The position numbers and the translations under genes were made by a program. 64,000 bases of DNA, taken from assembly GCA_965660545.1 (NCBI GenBank), contig CBFIAF010000002.1, forward strand, positions 14,335 to 78,334. Direction: 5' to 3'. The notes beneath the pieces were generated by a model. It did not search any database. It worked only from the letters and a program-made list of their open reading frames with translations, and was not told the DNA's origin. Shown here one piece after another: positions 20,389 to 31,075 of the stretch. Within the stretch, counting starts at the first letter, position 1. Every line of letters begins with the position of its first letter. Origin of the DNA: Alphaproteobacteria bacterium. Lineage in GTDB: Bacteria; Pseudomonadota; Alphaproteobacteria; Bin95.

Positions 20389-21867
20389 TCATTGCCATTT
20401 TGTATCTGGGTCTAGCGGATAAACGGGTCTTGGTAACTGTTTAAAATTGAATCGTTCCAAGATCGGGCTGGTTAGGCCTCGCGCATCCGCTTCAATGATC
20501 TGATCTGATTCAAAGAAGATATCGAATCCGGCACGGAAGTGGCCCCGCGATTTTAAAATAACTGCCTGGAAGGACCCTGGCTCCAAGCCAAACGCTTCGA
20601 AAAATGCAGGGTCGGCCGCTTGAATGCGGCGACTCGCGAGAACGACAGCCAGCCCCGCAACTTGGATCACAGCAGCTTTGCCGAGATTAATCGTGCGCCC
20701 CGCAACGATCCCTCGCCTCCCAACCACTAAACCGTCTGAGACCGCCAGAGCCTTGGCCTTAACAGCACACTCCGCCGAATCTGTCTTTGTGGAGCCTTCG
20801 TTCAATGTCGGAGATATCTCTGTGCTTACACCAGCATTATAACATGCCTCTGCAGCTGCGGCATCGACAAACAAACCCAGCAATGCGCGATCTACGTTTG
20901 TGGCTAACAGGCTTTTTAGCAGATCCGTCGTGTTCCCGCGCTCACCCCCACCTGGATTATCCGCCACGTCGGCGATGCATAAGGGACGAAGGTTAGGGTC
21001 TGCGCCAGCAGCTTTCGCCATCGCTACAGCTTCATCCAACGGCGTCAGCGAGGCATGGTAGCGAGTACGGTCCGTCCACGCACGCTGGGCGATGTCCTCG
21101 GCTACTGCATGAGCGGTTTCGGCAGTTTGGCCATAAGTCAGGATCGCCAGGCCGTTCTCCGGTGTGTCACTCCATGCAAAGCCATCAACCACAGATACAA
21201 TTGGCAAGTCGGGAGATATTTGCGTTTGCCCATAAGTTATCAGATCAGCATAGGGGCCATCTGCCGTGAGCAGACGCACACTGGGCGAAACGATAGGTAA
21301 ACGGATAAAGCACTTCTCTAACCGCTCGCCACCAAGTAATTTGCGGATTATGCGTGCCACTTCTGCTGCCCGCTCACGCTGATCTACGTGTGGGTTGATA
21401 CGGTAGGCTATGATGGCATCAGTCGCTTCCACCAAGCGATCCGAAAGATTAGCATGTAGGTCAATTGTGGAGACGACCGGCGCATCTGGACCAGCTATTT
21501 GCCGCGCCATGGCATAGTAGGCACCGTCCGGGTCCGAACCCTCTGTCGTAGTCATGGCACCGTGATTCGACAGGTTGACAGCGTCTATGGGGCCAGCGGC
21601 GCGCAGCAGTTTCGCCATGTTAGCCAGCGTCCGTTCAAAGAACGCGTGATCCGCTGGCCCGCCGGGTTCAACACCCGTAACTAGAATTGGCACAGGCTTC
21701 CAGTCAGCACCGGTATTCATTTCATCCACGAACCCTGAAATTCCTGCTGGCGTAATTGGCGCAGGCTTTGCTACTTCATCCAGGATCGCCTGGCCTTCCA
21801 AGTAACAAGACGCTCTGAAATCTGCCTCAGTAGAAACCGGCGCGAAGGCATTGGCTTCAAGATGCAA
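20389..21867 (-). CDS. M81-family metallopeptidase (microcystinase MlrC-like)
   Basis: It has the MlrC N- and C-domain layout (…HLEANAFAPVST…). The true start is probably a non-ATG codon slightly upstream, since the N-terminus otherwise lacks the usual M-R-V-A-I-L-G opening. Confidence 0.75.
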   Translation of the reverse strand: MHLEANAFAPVSTEADFRASCYLEGQAILDEVAKPAPITPAGISGFVDEMNTGADWKPVPILVTGVEPGGPADHAFFERTLANMAKLLRAAGPIDAVNLSNHGAMTTTEGSDPDGAYYAMARQIAGPDAPVVSTIDLHANLSDRLVEATDAIIAYRINPHVDQRERAAEVARIIRKLLGGERLEKCFIRLPIVSPSVRLLTADGPYADLITYGQTQISPDLPIVSVVDGFAWSDTPENGLAILTYGQTAETAHAVAEDIAQRAWTDRTRYHASLTPLDEAVAMAKAAGADPNLRPLCIADVADNPGGGERGNTTDLLKSLLATNVDRALLGLFVDAAAAEACYNAGVSTEISPTLNEGSTKTDSAECAVKAKALAVSDGLVVGRRGIVAGRTINLGKAAVIQVAGLAVVLASRRIQAADPAFFEAFGLEPGSFQAVILKSRGHFRAGFDIFFESDQIIEADARGLTSPILERFNFKQLPRPVYPLDPDTKWQ

Positions 21868-21924
21868 TCCAAGAATTGCAACGCGTGGCTTGTTTGAAAT
21901 CAGACTTCCTGGCTTGTCGCTAGC

Positions 21925-22512
21925 ATGAATTCAAGGCTGTACACTCGCTGTCGTACAGACAAGGTGAAAGTAACGAGGATATCAATATGGCGAAAAGCTT
22001 GGACGGAAAAATCGGAGTCGTTTCTGAATACAACGGCTGCGGACTATGACTTCTGCTACAGCAACAATAAGTGGGGACTAGCACCGGCAGCACGAGAAAC
22101 CACAGCTGTGATGATCACAAGCAACGCAGCAGAATGCGGCGGCGGGCGGATAATCTACATCGCACCCGCATCTGACAGGCGTGGATCAGTCGACCGGGCC
22201 GCATATGGCTCCACCAAAGCTGCCGTTATCAATTAACCTCAGGTTATGGCGAAAGAGCTTGGGCCGATTGGGATCACGACGAAATGTGTAGCGCCGGGCC
22301 TCGTCACCACCGTTATGGTCGAAGCAGCTCACAAAGCCGGGAGCCGCGCGGCTTGGAACGATGCCGTGCCGATGCGGCGCTATGGCTCAGTGGATGAAAT
22401 CGTTGCAGCCATCTTGTTCTTAACATCACCTGCGGCCAGCTACTTCAATGGGCTTTGCATGGACGTCGATGACGGTTATGCCGGAGCTGGTCTTCAATAT
22501 ACTGGCGAATAG
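21925..22512 (+). pseudogene. Short-chain dehydrogenase/reductase relic, N-terminally truncated with an in-frame TAA
   Basis: YGSTKAAVIN-[TAA]-PQVMAKELGPIGITTKCVAPG is the SDR YxxxK active site plus the downstream PG motif, split by a stop codon. No Rossmann TGxxxGxG N-terminus is present. Confidence 0.6.
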
Positions 22513-22525
22513 GAAGTTTTGATCG

Positions 22526-23743
22526 ATGTATGATCTTTTAGACGGTATGCGCATCTTAGAAGGCTCCGCCTTTGTTGCAGCCCCATTGGGTGGCATGACG
22601 CTCGCGCAAATGGGCGCAGACGTAATCCGCTTTGATGATGTGAACGGCGGCCTGGACCATGACCGTTGGCCGGTGACCAAGGACGGCGCGTCGATCTATT
22701 GGGCTGGAATGAACAAAGGGAAACGCTCAATCCTGGTTGATGTGCGTTCTTATGAAGGCCGTGAGCTACTTTCCGCCATTGCAACCGCACCCGGTAAGGA
22801 TGCCGGGATCTTCCTTACCAATCTGCCAGCCCGCGGCTGGTCCGCCTATGAATCGCTAACAGCAAAACGTGACGACATGATCATGGTGGCCCTGACCGGT
22901 GCCAGGGATGGCGCGCCGCATGTAGATTACACCGTCAACGCGATGACTGGCTTCCCGCTCGTCACTGGGCCTGCCGACCATGGTGGCCCCGTCAACAATG
23001 TTCTGCCTGCCTGGGATGTAGGCGCTGGCTTAACAATCTCAACGGCATTATTGGCCGCTGAACGGCGCCGGAACCGAACTGGCGAAGGCCTTCTCATCAA
23101 GCTTTCTTTGCTTGATGTTGCCCTTTGGACCACGGCTAATCTTGGTTATCTCGGCGAGGCGGCAATCAATGGTGTTGATCGCGCACGGCTTGGAAATGAG
23201 ATATTCGGCACCTTTGGTCAAACCTTCAAAACCAAGGACCGCCAATGGGTTATGCTGTGCATGTTCACGCCACGCCACGTAAAAGCAGTGAAACAATTGA
23301 TGGGCGGCGAAGGGCAATTCGCGCAGATTGAGAAGGCGCGCGGCGTAAAGCTGGAGGACGAAGCGGCGCGCTATGAGGCGCGGGAGGAAATTTCCGCCAT
23401 CGTCACCGCATGGATTGCAGCACGCAATTACACAGACGTTGCATCGTCACTGGAGACCGCTGGTGCCCTTTGGTCTGGATACCAGACCTTCCGTCAGTCG
23501 CTGAATGACCCGTACCTCTACAGCGAAAATCCTATGTTCAAGCAGATGGAGCAACCGGGCCTTGGGAGCTACCCAATCCCCGGCGCGCCTATGTGGTTTG
23601 AAGGCCTAAAGCGCCTTGATCCTGCACCTGCGCCATACTTTGGACAGCACACGGACGAAGTTCTTGGCGACGTACTTGGCTTAGGCTCTGGTCAGATTGG
23701 CACGCTGCACGATAAGGGCGTTGTGCGCGGTCTTAGGGGGTGA
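22526..23743 (+). CDS. CoA-transferase family III (CaiB/BaiF) protein, second paralog
   Basis: The N-terminus is LDGMRILEGSAFVAAPLGGMTLAQMGADVIRFD. Confidence 0.8.
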   Translation: MYDLLDGMRILEGSAFVAAPLGGMTLAQMGADVIRFDDVNGGLDHDRWPVTKDGASIYWAGMNKGKRSILVDVRSYEGRELLSAIATAPGKDAGIFLTNLPARGWSAYESLTAKRDDMIMVALTGARDGAPHVDYTVNAMTGFPLVTGPADHGGPVNNVLPAWDVGAGLTISTALLAAERRRNRTGEGLLIKLSLLDVALWTTANLGYLGEAAINGVDRARLGNEIFGTFGQTFKTKDRQWVMLCMFTPRHVKAVKQLMGGEGQFAQIEKARGVKLEDEAARYEAREEISAIVTAWIAARNYTDVASSLETAGALWSGYQTFRQSLNDPYLYSENPMFKQMEQPGLGSYPIPGAPMWFEGLKRLDPAPAPYFGQHTDEVLGDVLGLGSGQIGTLHDKGVVRGLRG

Positions 23744-25116
23744 CGCCTAACACCGCCCCAGACAAAGCCTCTAACGCGAGAGCGCTTAGAACAAAGAAGC
23801 TGCTGGAAGGTCCGATTGCACCGACCCTGCTTGGTCTTGCAACTGCAAACTTGCCGTTGATGATCGGTCAAGCTGGTGCCGGAGTAATCGAAGGTTGGTA
23901 TATCGGGCAGCTCGGCGTGGGCGCATTGGCGTCGGTCGCGCTGGTCTATCCGATCCTGATTATGATGCAGATGTGTGCGGCTGGTGCGATGGGTGGTGCC
24001 GTGAATTCCGCCGTCGCCAGGGCGCTTGGCGCAGGAGCGCCAGACCGTGCCGCGAATCTCGTCATCCACGCTTGCCTGATTGCCCTTGGCGGCGCGCTAC
24101 TTTTCATCGTCCCGATGCTGGTATTCGGGCGCGAGGTAGTCGATTTCTTGGGTGCCACAGATGGGACCCGGGATAAAGCAATCGCCTATTCAAGTATTGT
24201 GTTCCTTGGCGCGCCGACGGTTTGGCTAGCTAACACATTGGCCAGCGTCGTGCGTGGATCGGGTGCCATGGCGATCTCAGCAGCAGCAATCTTCGGCGCA
24301 TTTGCGATCCAGATGGGGCTTGGCTCCGCGCTCACACTTGGCCTTGGCCCCTTCCCGCAGCTTGGGGTGCGGGGTGCTGCGTATGGTCATTTGATCGGCT
24401 TCGCTGCCGCCACACTTTTCCTTGGGTTTTATGTTGCATCTGGCAGGGTCGGACTAAACATTCATTTCGCCCGTATTCAGCTTTCGATCAGCCAATTCGC
24501 AGACATTCTGCGTGTTGGGTTGTTTGCGCTCGTCTCGCCGCTTGTGAATGTTGTAACAGTTATGTTGATCACCAGCATCGTCGCCCGCTATGGCGCAGAG
24601 GCGTTGGCAGGCTACGGTTTGGGCGCTCGGCTGGAATTCCTGATGGTGCCGATTGTGTTTGGCATAGGCACGTCTTTGACAGCAATGGTCGGCGCAAACG
24701 CTGGTGCAGGCCAATGGGACCGCGCACGGCGCACGGCGTTGACAGGTGGACTGATCGCGGGCGGTATCACCGGAACCATTGGCGTCACGGTCGCGGCCTA
24801 TCCAGGCCTATGGCTGGATATGTTCGTTAGCGATCCGGCAGCGCGAGAGGCTGGTGCATTGTATCTGGGGTATGCTGGGCCGCTCTATTTCTTCTTGGGC
24901 CTCGGCCTCGCAACATATTTCGCGAGCTTAGGTGCTGGGCGGATGAAATGGCCGACGATCAGCGTTGGATGCAGGCTGGCGTTAGTAGCTGGCGGCGGCA
25001 CGCTTGCCAGCGCTTACGGCCTTGAAGCCACATTTTTGGCAATTGGGCTAGGGTTTGTCGTGCTAGGGTGCATGAATGCCTGGGGCATCCTCTCAGGCGC
25101 GTGGACGGCGCGATGA
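23740..25116 (+). CDS. MATE-family efflux transporter
   Basis: It has 12 TM helices and the MATE N-terminal pattern. Confidence 0.8.
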   Translation: MTPNTAPDKASNARALRTKKLLEGPIAPTLLGLATANLPLMIGQAGAGVIEGWYIGQLGVGALASVALVYPILIMMQMCAAGAMGGAVNSAVARALGAGAPDRAANLVIHACLIALGGALLFIVPMLVFGREVVDFLGATDGTRDKAIAYSSIVFLGAPTVWLANTLASVVRGSGAMAISAAAIFGAFAIQMGLGSALTLGLGPFPQLGVRGAAYGHLIGFAAATLFLGFYVASGRVGLNIHFARIQLSISQFADILRVGLFALVSPLVNVVTVMLITSIVARYGAEALAGYGLGARLEFLMVPIVFGIGTSLTAMVGANAGAGQWDRARRTALTGGLIAGGITGTIGVTVAAYPGLWLDMFVSDPAAREAGALYLGYAGPLYFFLGLGLATYFASLGAGRMKWPTISVGCRLALVAGGGTLASAYGLEATFLAIGLGFVVLGCMNAWGILSGAWTAR

Positions 25117-25802
25117 AAGATAGCGATTCCGACGACCTTGAACTTACTCCTGAACTCGCGTTGCGGGCTTATTCTATCGGTGTTTTTCCGATGGCGGAGC
25201 GCAGCGACTCGGACGTTATATATTGGGTTGACCCGCGCTCGCGTGGTGTCCTGCCGCTTGATTCGTTCCACGTTTCAAAACGCCTACGTCGCACAGTCCG
25301 CCAGGGCGCATTTGATGTCCGCACGGATACAGACTTCGATGGCGTAATCGAAGGCTGCGCCGCCTTAAGCAGTATGGCCGGGCGGGAAGACACGTGGATC
25401 AATCCGCCAATAGCAAGGGTCTTCCAGGAACTTCACGACATGGGCCACGCGCATTCTGTTGAATGCTGGTTGGATGACGAGTTAGTCGGTGGCTTGTATG
25501 GCTTAGCGATTGGCGGCGCGTTCTTCGGCGAGAGCATGTTCAGCCGTGCGACTGATGCAAGCAAAGTGGCCCTCGTTCACCTAGCTGCGAGGCTAACCTA
25601 TGGCGGCTTTACCCTTCTCGACTCGCAATTCCCAAATCCGCATCTCAACCAGTTCGGAGCCGAGGATATTGGGCGTGCGGAATTCCGGCGGCGGCTTGAT
25701 GCAGCACTAGATCAGCCGGCCCAATGGCCCGTGAAGCTGCCAGAAGCCGCGCTGCATCAATTCTTCAGCAGACCTGCCACGCAGCCAAAAAAGAAGCCTT
25801 AG
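25113..25802 (+). CDS. aat: Leucyl/phenylalanyl-tRNA--protein transferase
   Basis: It contains GVFPMAE…IYWVDPRSRGVLPL…ECWLDDELVGGLYGLAIGGAFFGESMF, the Aat signature. The start is set at ATG 25113. Confidence 0.85.
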   Translation: MKDSDSDDLELTPELALRAYSIGVFPMAERSDSDVIYWVDPRSRGVLPLDSFHVSKRLRRTVRQGAFDVRTDTDFDGVIEGCAALSSMAGREDTWINPPIARVFQELHDMGHAHSVECWLDDELVGGLYGLAIGGAFFGESMFSRATDASKVALVHLAARLTYGGFTLLDSQFPNPHLNQFGAEDIGRAEFRRRLDAALDQPAQWPVKLPEAALHQFFSRPATQPKKKP

Positions 25803-25805
25803 CAG

Positions 25806-27539
25806 CTACCAACCAAGCGCATATGCGACGCGGCGCGGATCGGCGCCAGCAGCCTTCATACCTGACTCCCGATCGTCCAAGATCATGCAGATTGAGCCTG
25901 CGAGCCATGTTCGGTCCGGCCACCAGTCAATCCTGTGACCACGCCCGGCCAAATCATCACCAGCCGCCTTATCCACCTTGCCCTCAAGCCGAAGCAGGCC
26001 TGGGTGATAGTCATGCGGCTCGAAGCTGGATGGGAAGGAATAGCTGGCAAAACGCGGTGCCTCGACAGCCGCCTGCGGGCCCATGCCAAACACGGCGACA
26101 TTGGCGAAAGTTTGCGCCATCGCCTGGGTTTGCACATCTCCTCCAGGCGTGCCGAACGGCAGAAATGCCTTACCGTTATCCCGAACGGCAATCGCAGGGT
26201 TCGGCGTCAAACGTGGGCGCTTGCCGGGCGCGATCGATGACGGATGCGTTGGGTCCGTCCATGACTGCACTCCGCGCGGGCTAACATTCATACCTGTCCC
26301 CGGCACCACAGCACCGTTGTATGACCCATCCGATGGCGTAGCAGAAAACACGTTGCCCTTTCTATCCGCGACACAAAGATACGTCGTATCGAGCGCACCG
26401 CCTGGATGTGGATTGTCCGTTATTGGGCTTGACACATTTGCGCCACGCCATGGATTGCCAGATGCATCGCCAGGAGGCGGCATCTCCGGAAACGCTTCGC
26501 CCATTTTAATACGTGCCATCTGCGCTTCAGCATATTCTTCCGACAAAAGCGTTTCGATTGGAACGTCAATGTAGCGGGGGTCGCCGAAATAGGCGTCCCG
26601 GTCGGCCATGACGAGCTTGGTGGCTTCAACCTGCGCATGGATATAATCGGCGCTGTTGTGACCCATGCCTTTAAGGTCAAAGCGTTTCAGAAGGTTCAGC
26701 TTCTCCATCAATACTGGGCCTTGGCACCATGGGCCACAGCCGAATACCTGCCAGTCGCCAAAGCCGGATGAGACAGGTGGTTCGAGAGCCACATGAAATC
26801 CCGCCAAATCTTGCATCGTCAGCCAACCGCCGACATCCTTGTGGTAATCCGTGAATGCCTTCGCCAGATCACCTTTGTAGAAGGCATTGCGCGCCGCTTG
26901 CAGACCGGCCTTCCGGTCTACGCCATTGCTCAGTGCCGTCGCTTCTTGATCAATCATATATTGAAGAGAAGCACCTAACTCTTTCTGGTAGAACAGCTCA
27001 CCTATATCAGCAGGCTGGCCAGCCTTTGGCAGATAGATCGCAGCTGCATGCGGATATGCCAGATAGTTTTCGCGGTTCTGGGTTATCGTCTGCCGGAGCA
27101 GTGCATTCATCGGGAAGCCATCACGGGCGAAGCGAACGGCATGGTGCGCCACATCCCCGAAGCTCATAGTGCCGTAGCGATCAAGCGCCATGATCCAGGC
27201 TGCAGGTGCCGATGGAATGACTGTTCGCATCGGGCCAATCGGGATTGCACCATTGTACTCTCGGCGGAAATAATCAATGTCTGCCGCTTTCGGCCAACCA
27301 CCAAGGCCAGAAATTGTTTGCATCTCCGCCCGCTCTGCATCCCACACGATTATCGGCGCAACGCCAGCGACGCTCACAAGATCAGACTGCAATACACCAA
27401 GCGCTAAGCCTGCGGCGACGCCAGCATCCGTGGCGTTTCCGCCGGCTTGCAGCACCTCGAAAGCGGCTTGGCTGGAATAGTAATGACCTGTCGATACAGC
27501 AAATTGGCTGCCTTGGATTTCTGGACGTTCGGTGGACAT
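25806..27539 (-). CDS. Gamma-glutamyltransferase family protein (paralog 2)
   Basis: The catalytic-Thr motif TTYLCVADRKGNVFSATPS is present, with GGT architecture. Confidence 0.85.
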   Translation of the reverse strand: MSTERPEIQGSQFAVSTGHYYSSQAAFEVLQAGGNATDAGVAAGLALGVLQSDLVSVAGVAPIIVWDAERAEMQTISGLGGWPKAADIDYFRREYNGAIPIGPMRTVIPSAPAAWIMALDRYGTMSFGDVAHHAVRFARDGFPMNALLRQTITQNRENYLAYPHAAAIYLPKAGQPADIGELFYQKELGASLQYMIDQEATALSNGVDRKAGLQAARNAFYKGDLAKAFTDYHKDVGGWLTMQDLAGFHVALEPPVSSGFGDWQVFGCGPWCQGPVLMEKLNLLKRFDLKGMGHNSADYIHAQVEATKLVMADRDAYFGDPRYIDVPIETLLSEEYAEAQMARIKMGEAFPEMPPPGDASGNPWRGANVSSPITDNPHPGGALDTTYLCVADRKGNVFSATPSDGSYNGAVVPGTGMNVSPRGVQSWTDPTHPSSIAPGKRPRLTPNPAIAVRDNGKAFLPFGTPGGDVQTQAMAQTFANVAVFGMGPQAAVEAPRFASYSFPSSFEPHDYHPGLLRLEGKVDKAAGDDLAGRGHRIDWWPDRTWLAGSICMILDDRESGMKAAGADPRRVAYALGW

Positions 27540-27597
27540 CTTTCGGCTCCCCGGTTATTCGGCACATGTAGTTTGCCCGAAACTGGATGCTCCCGTG

Positions 27598-28635
27598 AAG
27601 CTCATAGATTTTGACTTCAATCTGCCCGACGGCCTGATCGCCCAAACGCCTGCCCGTCCCCGCGACGCAGCGCGCATGTTGGCGGTAACCCCAGACGCGC
27701 TTTTCGACAAAGGCGTGATGGATTTACCGGGCCTGCTCCAGCCTGGCGATCTGATAGTTGTGAATAACACGCGGGTCATTCCAGCGCGCCTTCGGGGGCT
27801 GCGTGGCCAAATGCGTGTTGATGCAACACTGCACAAGGCTGTCGACGCATCCCACTGGCTAGCCTTCGCGCGCCCCGGGCGTCGATTGCGTGTTGGCGAC
27901 CGCGTTACGTTCGCAACAGGGTTCGAGTGTACCGTCGAGGAAAAGCACGATGGTGGGGAGTTTCTGTTGGCATTTGACGCCAGCGGGTCTGAGTTGATTG
28001 AGGCTCTGCACCGTCACGGCGCGCCGCCATTGCCCCCTTACGTAAAACGCCCAGATGGTGCGTTGGATGAGGATGTGGCAGATTACCAAAGTCCTTTTGC
28101 TGCGCGCGACGGTGCAGTGGCTGCCCCTACCGCATCCCTACATTTCACGGATAGACTGCTAAAAGCGATCGCAGACCGCGGCGCCAAACAGGCGATTGTA
28201 ACTTTGCATGTGGGTGCCGGCACGTTCCTGCCAGTAAAAACGGATAATATTGCGGAACACCAGATGCATAGCGAATGGGGCGAAGTTTCAAACGCCGTTG
28301 TCAAAGCCGTCGCTGAAACAAAGGACAAGGGCGGACGGGTTGTTCCGATAGGCACAACAGCATTGCGGATATTGGAAGCCGCAAGCCAATCCGGCGCACT
28401 AAAGCCCTTCCAAGGCGATACGGATATATTCATCACACCCGGTTATTCATTCCGCACTGTCGATGCGCTGATGACAAACTTTCATTTACCGAAATCGACG
28501 CTATTCATGCTGGTCTCCGCAATGATGGGCCGCGAAACCATGCTCAGCGCCTATGCCCACGCCATCTACGAGCATTATCGCTTTTTCTCATATGGGGATG
28601 CCAGCTTGCTCCTCCCCGGAGGCCTCGCGCCATGA
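27598..28635 (+). CDS. queA: tRNA preQ1(34) S-adenosylmethionine ribosyltransferase-isomerase
   Basis: The GTG-start N-terminus [20 protein letters not shown] is the canonical QueA start. Confidence 0.9.
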   Translation, partial: KLIDFDFNLPDGLIAQTPARPRDAARMLAVTPDALFDKGVMDLPGLLQPGDLIVVNNTRVIPARLRGLRGQMRVDATLHKAVDASHWLAFARPGRRLRVGDRVTFATGFECTVEEKHDGGEFLLAFDASGSELIEALHRHGAPPLPPYVKRPDGALDEDVADYQSPFAARDGAVAAPTASLHFTDRLLKAIADRGAKQAIVTLHVGAGTFLPVKTDNIAEHQMHSEWGEVSNAVVKAVAETKDKGGRVVPIGTTALRILEAASQSGALKPFQGDTDIFITPGYSFRTVDALMTNFHLPKSTLFMLVSAMMGRETMLSAYAHAIYEHYRFFSYGDASLLLPGGLAP

Positions 28636-29732
28636 CCATTAAATTCGATCTTCTGGCCGAGGACGGTGCCGCTCGCCGTGGCCGCATTACGACCGCCCAC
28701 GGGACCATTGAGACCCCAGCGTTCATGCCCGTTGGCACTGCCGGTACGGTTAAAGCCATGCGGCCAGAAGAGGTTGAGGCAGCGGGCGCTGAGATCATCC
28801 TCGGCAACACTTACCATCTGATGCTGCGGCCTGGTGCCGAGCGGGTCAACCGCCTTGGGGGACTGCATAACTTCATGCGCTGGCCAGGGCCAATCCTGAC
28901 CGATTCAGGGGGGTTTCAGGTGATGTCGCTTTCTGAACTTCGCAAGATTACAGAGGACGGTGTCCGTTTTCGCAGCCACATAAATGGTTCCTATATCGAT
29001 CTGACCCCAGAGCGGTCGATCCAGATCCAAAACCTATTGGACGCCACCATCACAATGGCGTTTGATGAATGCACCCCCTTTCCGGCGGAACATGCCGTTG
29101 CGGCAAAGTCCATGCAGCTCTCGATGCGTTGGGCCAAGCGCAGCAGCTATGCATTTGAAGCCAGGCCTGGATATGGCCTGTTCGGCATCGTCCAAGGCGG
29201 GGTTTATGAGGATTTGCGGGTTGAAAGCGCTGGCATGCTGCAAGACATAGGCTTTGATGGTTATGCCGTTGGGGGGCTTGCGGTCGGCGAAGGCCAGGAG
29301 CAAATGTTCGAAACCTTGCAGGCCACCACGCCACATCTGGCCCGTGAGCGCCCGCGATACTTGATGGGAGTCGGCAAACCGGCGGATATCATCGGTGCGG
29401 TTGCGCGCGGTGTGGACATGTTTGATTGCGTTCTGCCGACGCGGTCTGGCCGTACCGGCCAGGCCTGGACATGGGATGGACCGCTCAACCTTCGCAATGC
29501 CAAACATCGGGATGACGCAAACACGCCGCTAGACCCTAATTGCGTATGCCCTGTATGCCAAAAATATGACCGAGCTTACCTCCACCATCTGACTAAAGCG
29601 CAAGAGGTACTCGGCCTCATGCTACTAACCCAGCACAATCTTTGGCATTATCAAGATCTAATGCGACGAACGCGTGCTGCGATTGAAGCAGGTACATTTA
29701 GCACATTTTTAGCGAAATACAGCATTAAATAA
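28632..29732 (+). CDS. tgt: Queuine tRNA-ribosyltransferase (tRNA-guanine transglycosylase)
   Basis: It has the Tgt N-terminus …[22 protein letters not shown] and the zinc-site CxCxxC…H. It overlaps queA by 4 nt. Confidence 0.9.
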   Translation: MTIKFDLLAEDGAARRGRITTAHGTIETPAFMPVGTAGTVKAMRPEEVEAAGAEIILGNTYHLMLRPGAERVNRLGGLHNFMRWPGPILTDSGGFQVMSLSELRKITEDGVRFRSHINGSYIDLTPERSIQIQNLLDATITMAFDECTPFPAEHAVAAKSMQLSMRWAKRSSYAFEARPGYGLFGIVQGGVYEDLRVESAGMLQDIGFDGYAVGGLAVGEGQEQMFETLQATTPHLARERPRYLMGVGKPADIIGAVARGVDMFDCVLPTRSGRTGQAWTWDGPLNLRNAKHRDDANTPLDPNCVCPVCQKYDRAYLHHLTKAQEVLGLMLLTQHNLWHYQDLMRRTRAAIEAGTFSTFLAKYSIK

Positions 29733-30096
29733 AATATCTAACTAAAATAATTATAAAAAAATTCTATATTATACAATAATAAAACTACAATAAAATTAAT
29801 ATTTTTTGCTTTTTATACGATAAAATTTTGGTAAATTATAATATATAAAAATTATTTTTAGTTAACTCCTTGTTAAATTGATTTCTACATTATTTGAGCA
29901 TACTATGCACCGCGAAAACATTTTTATGCGGCAGCGTGATGAAGCTTCAGGCAACACTCAGGCCCTCTCACGAAGCAAAGGAATTCACACTATGGGTTTG
30001 ACCGTAAGGTGTACATGAGCTTTACCAGCCGAAAATTCGCATTAGCGTCGCGAACTGAGCGCTGATATGATTCTCTGACGTCACGGCAGTGTAGTC

Positions 30097-31075
30097 ATGA
30101 AGCCCAACAGTCTTTTCAGACTTTCGGATCATCTGGCCATACTTAGCAAGCACGGCGATCCGCTTGAGGTTCTCCATGTGACGTCGGACTTCAAGTGTTT
30201 CTGGGACTGGCTGGTTGAGGGACTCGGTTACGGGGACGGCGCCAAGGACGGCCGGCCGCCGTTCGATCCGGTGTCTATGTTCAAGGCGCTGATCCTGCAG
30301 GCGCAGCGCAATCTATCGGACGTGCGGATGGAGTTCATGATCCGGGGCCGTTTGTCGTGGATGCACTTCCTGGGCTTCGACTGGCAATTGAGGAAGAAAG
30401 GCTACATCCCCCCTCTCAGCGATTGCGCGCAATCGCCTGCCGGGCAACGCATGTCCGGCCAGAGCGTGGGCGCCTCCTTGGTTCCAGCCCCGAAGCAGCG
30501 GAACACGGAGGATGAGAAGGCGGCCATCAAGGCGGCTCAGAAGGACACAAATGCCCGCTGGACATTGAAGATCAGCGGCAAGGTCCGCTACCGCCTTGAC
30601 GGAACGGCGTTGCCGATGATCGCGATCCCGACCTTCGGCTACAAATCGCACATTGCGATCGACCGTCGATACAGCTTTATCCGCAGCTTCGCCGTGACAT
30701 CGGCAGCCCACGGCGATGGCAAAGTGCTGCGCCGAGTCGTGACCACGGATAATACCAGCGGCAATGTATGGGCGGACAGCGCCTATCGCTCCAAGGCGAA
30801 TGAGGCATGGTTCTCGAGCTAGGTGCCGCGCAGCCAGATCCATCGTCGCAAGCTTAAAGGCAGGCCGATGTCATCGGCCACATCTCGTGCCAATGGCAAG
30901 AAGTCGAGTATCCGTGCCGGTGTGGAGCATGTCTTCGCCCATTAGAAGAACCACTATGGGCTGTTCATTCGCACGATCGGCCTGACGCGGGCCGAGGCGA
31001 AACTGACTCTCGCCAATCTCGCCCATAATATGGACCGGCTCGTGTTCCATGAACGGCGCGTCGCCACAGGATAAA
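30097..31075 (+). mobile_element. IS5-family insertion sequence remnant; the transposase ORF is disrupted by in-frame stops and an internal deletion
   Basis: The N-terminal part (30097..30822) matches IS5/IS4-type DDE transposases (…APKQRNTEDEKAAIKA…). The C-terminal motifs KGRPMSS…VEHVFAH*KNHYGLFIRTIGLTRAEAKLTLANLAHNMDRL continue in another frame, with TAG stops at about 30820 and about 30942. The GC content is about 60%, against the surrounding AT-rich DNA. Confidence 0.7.
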
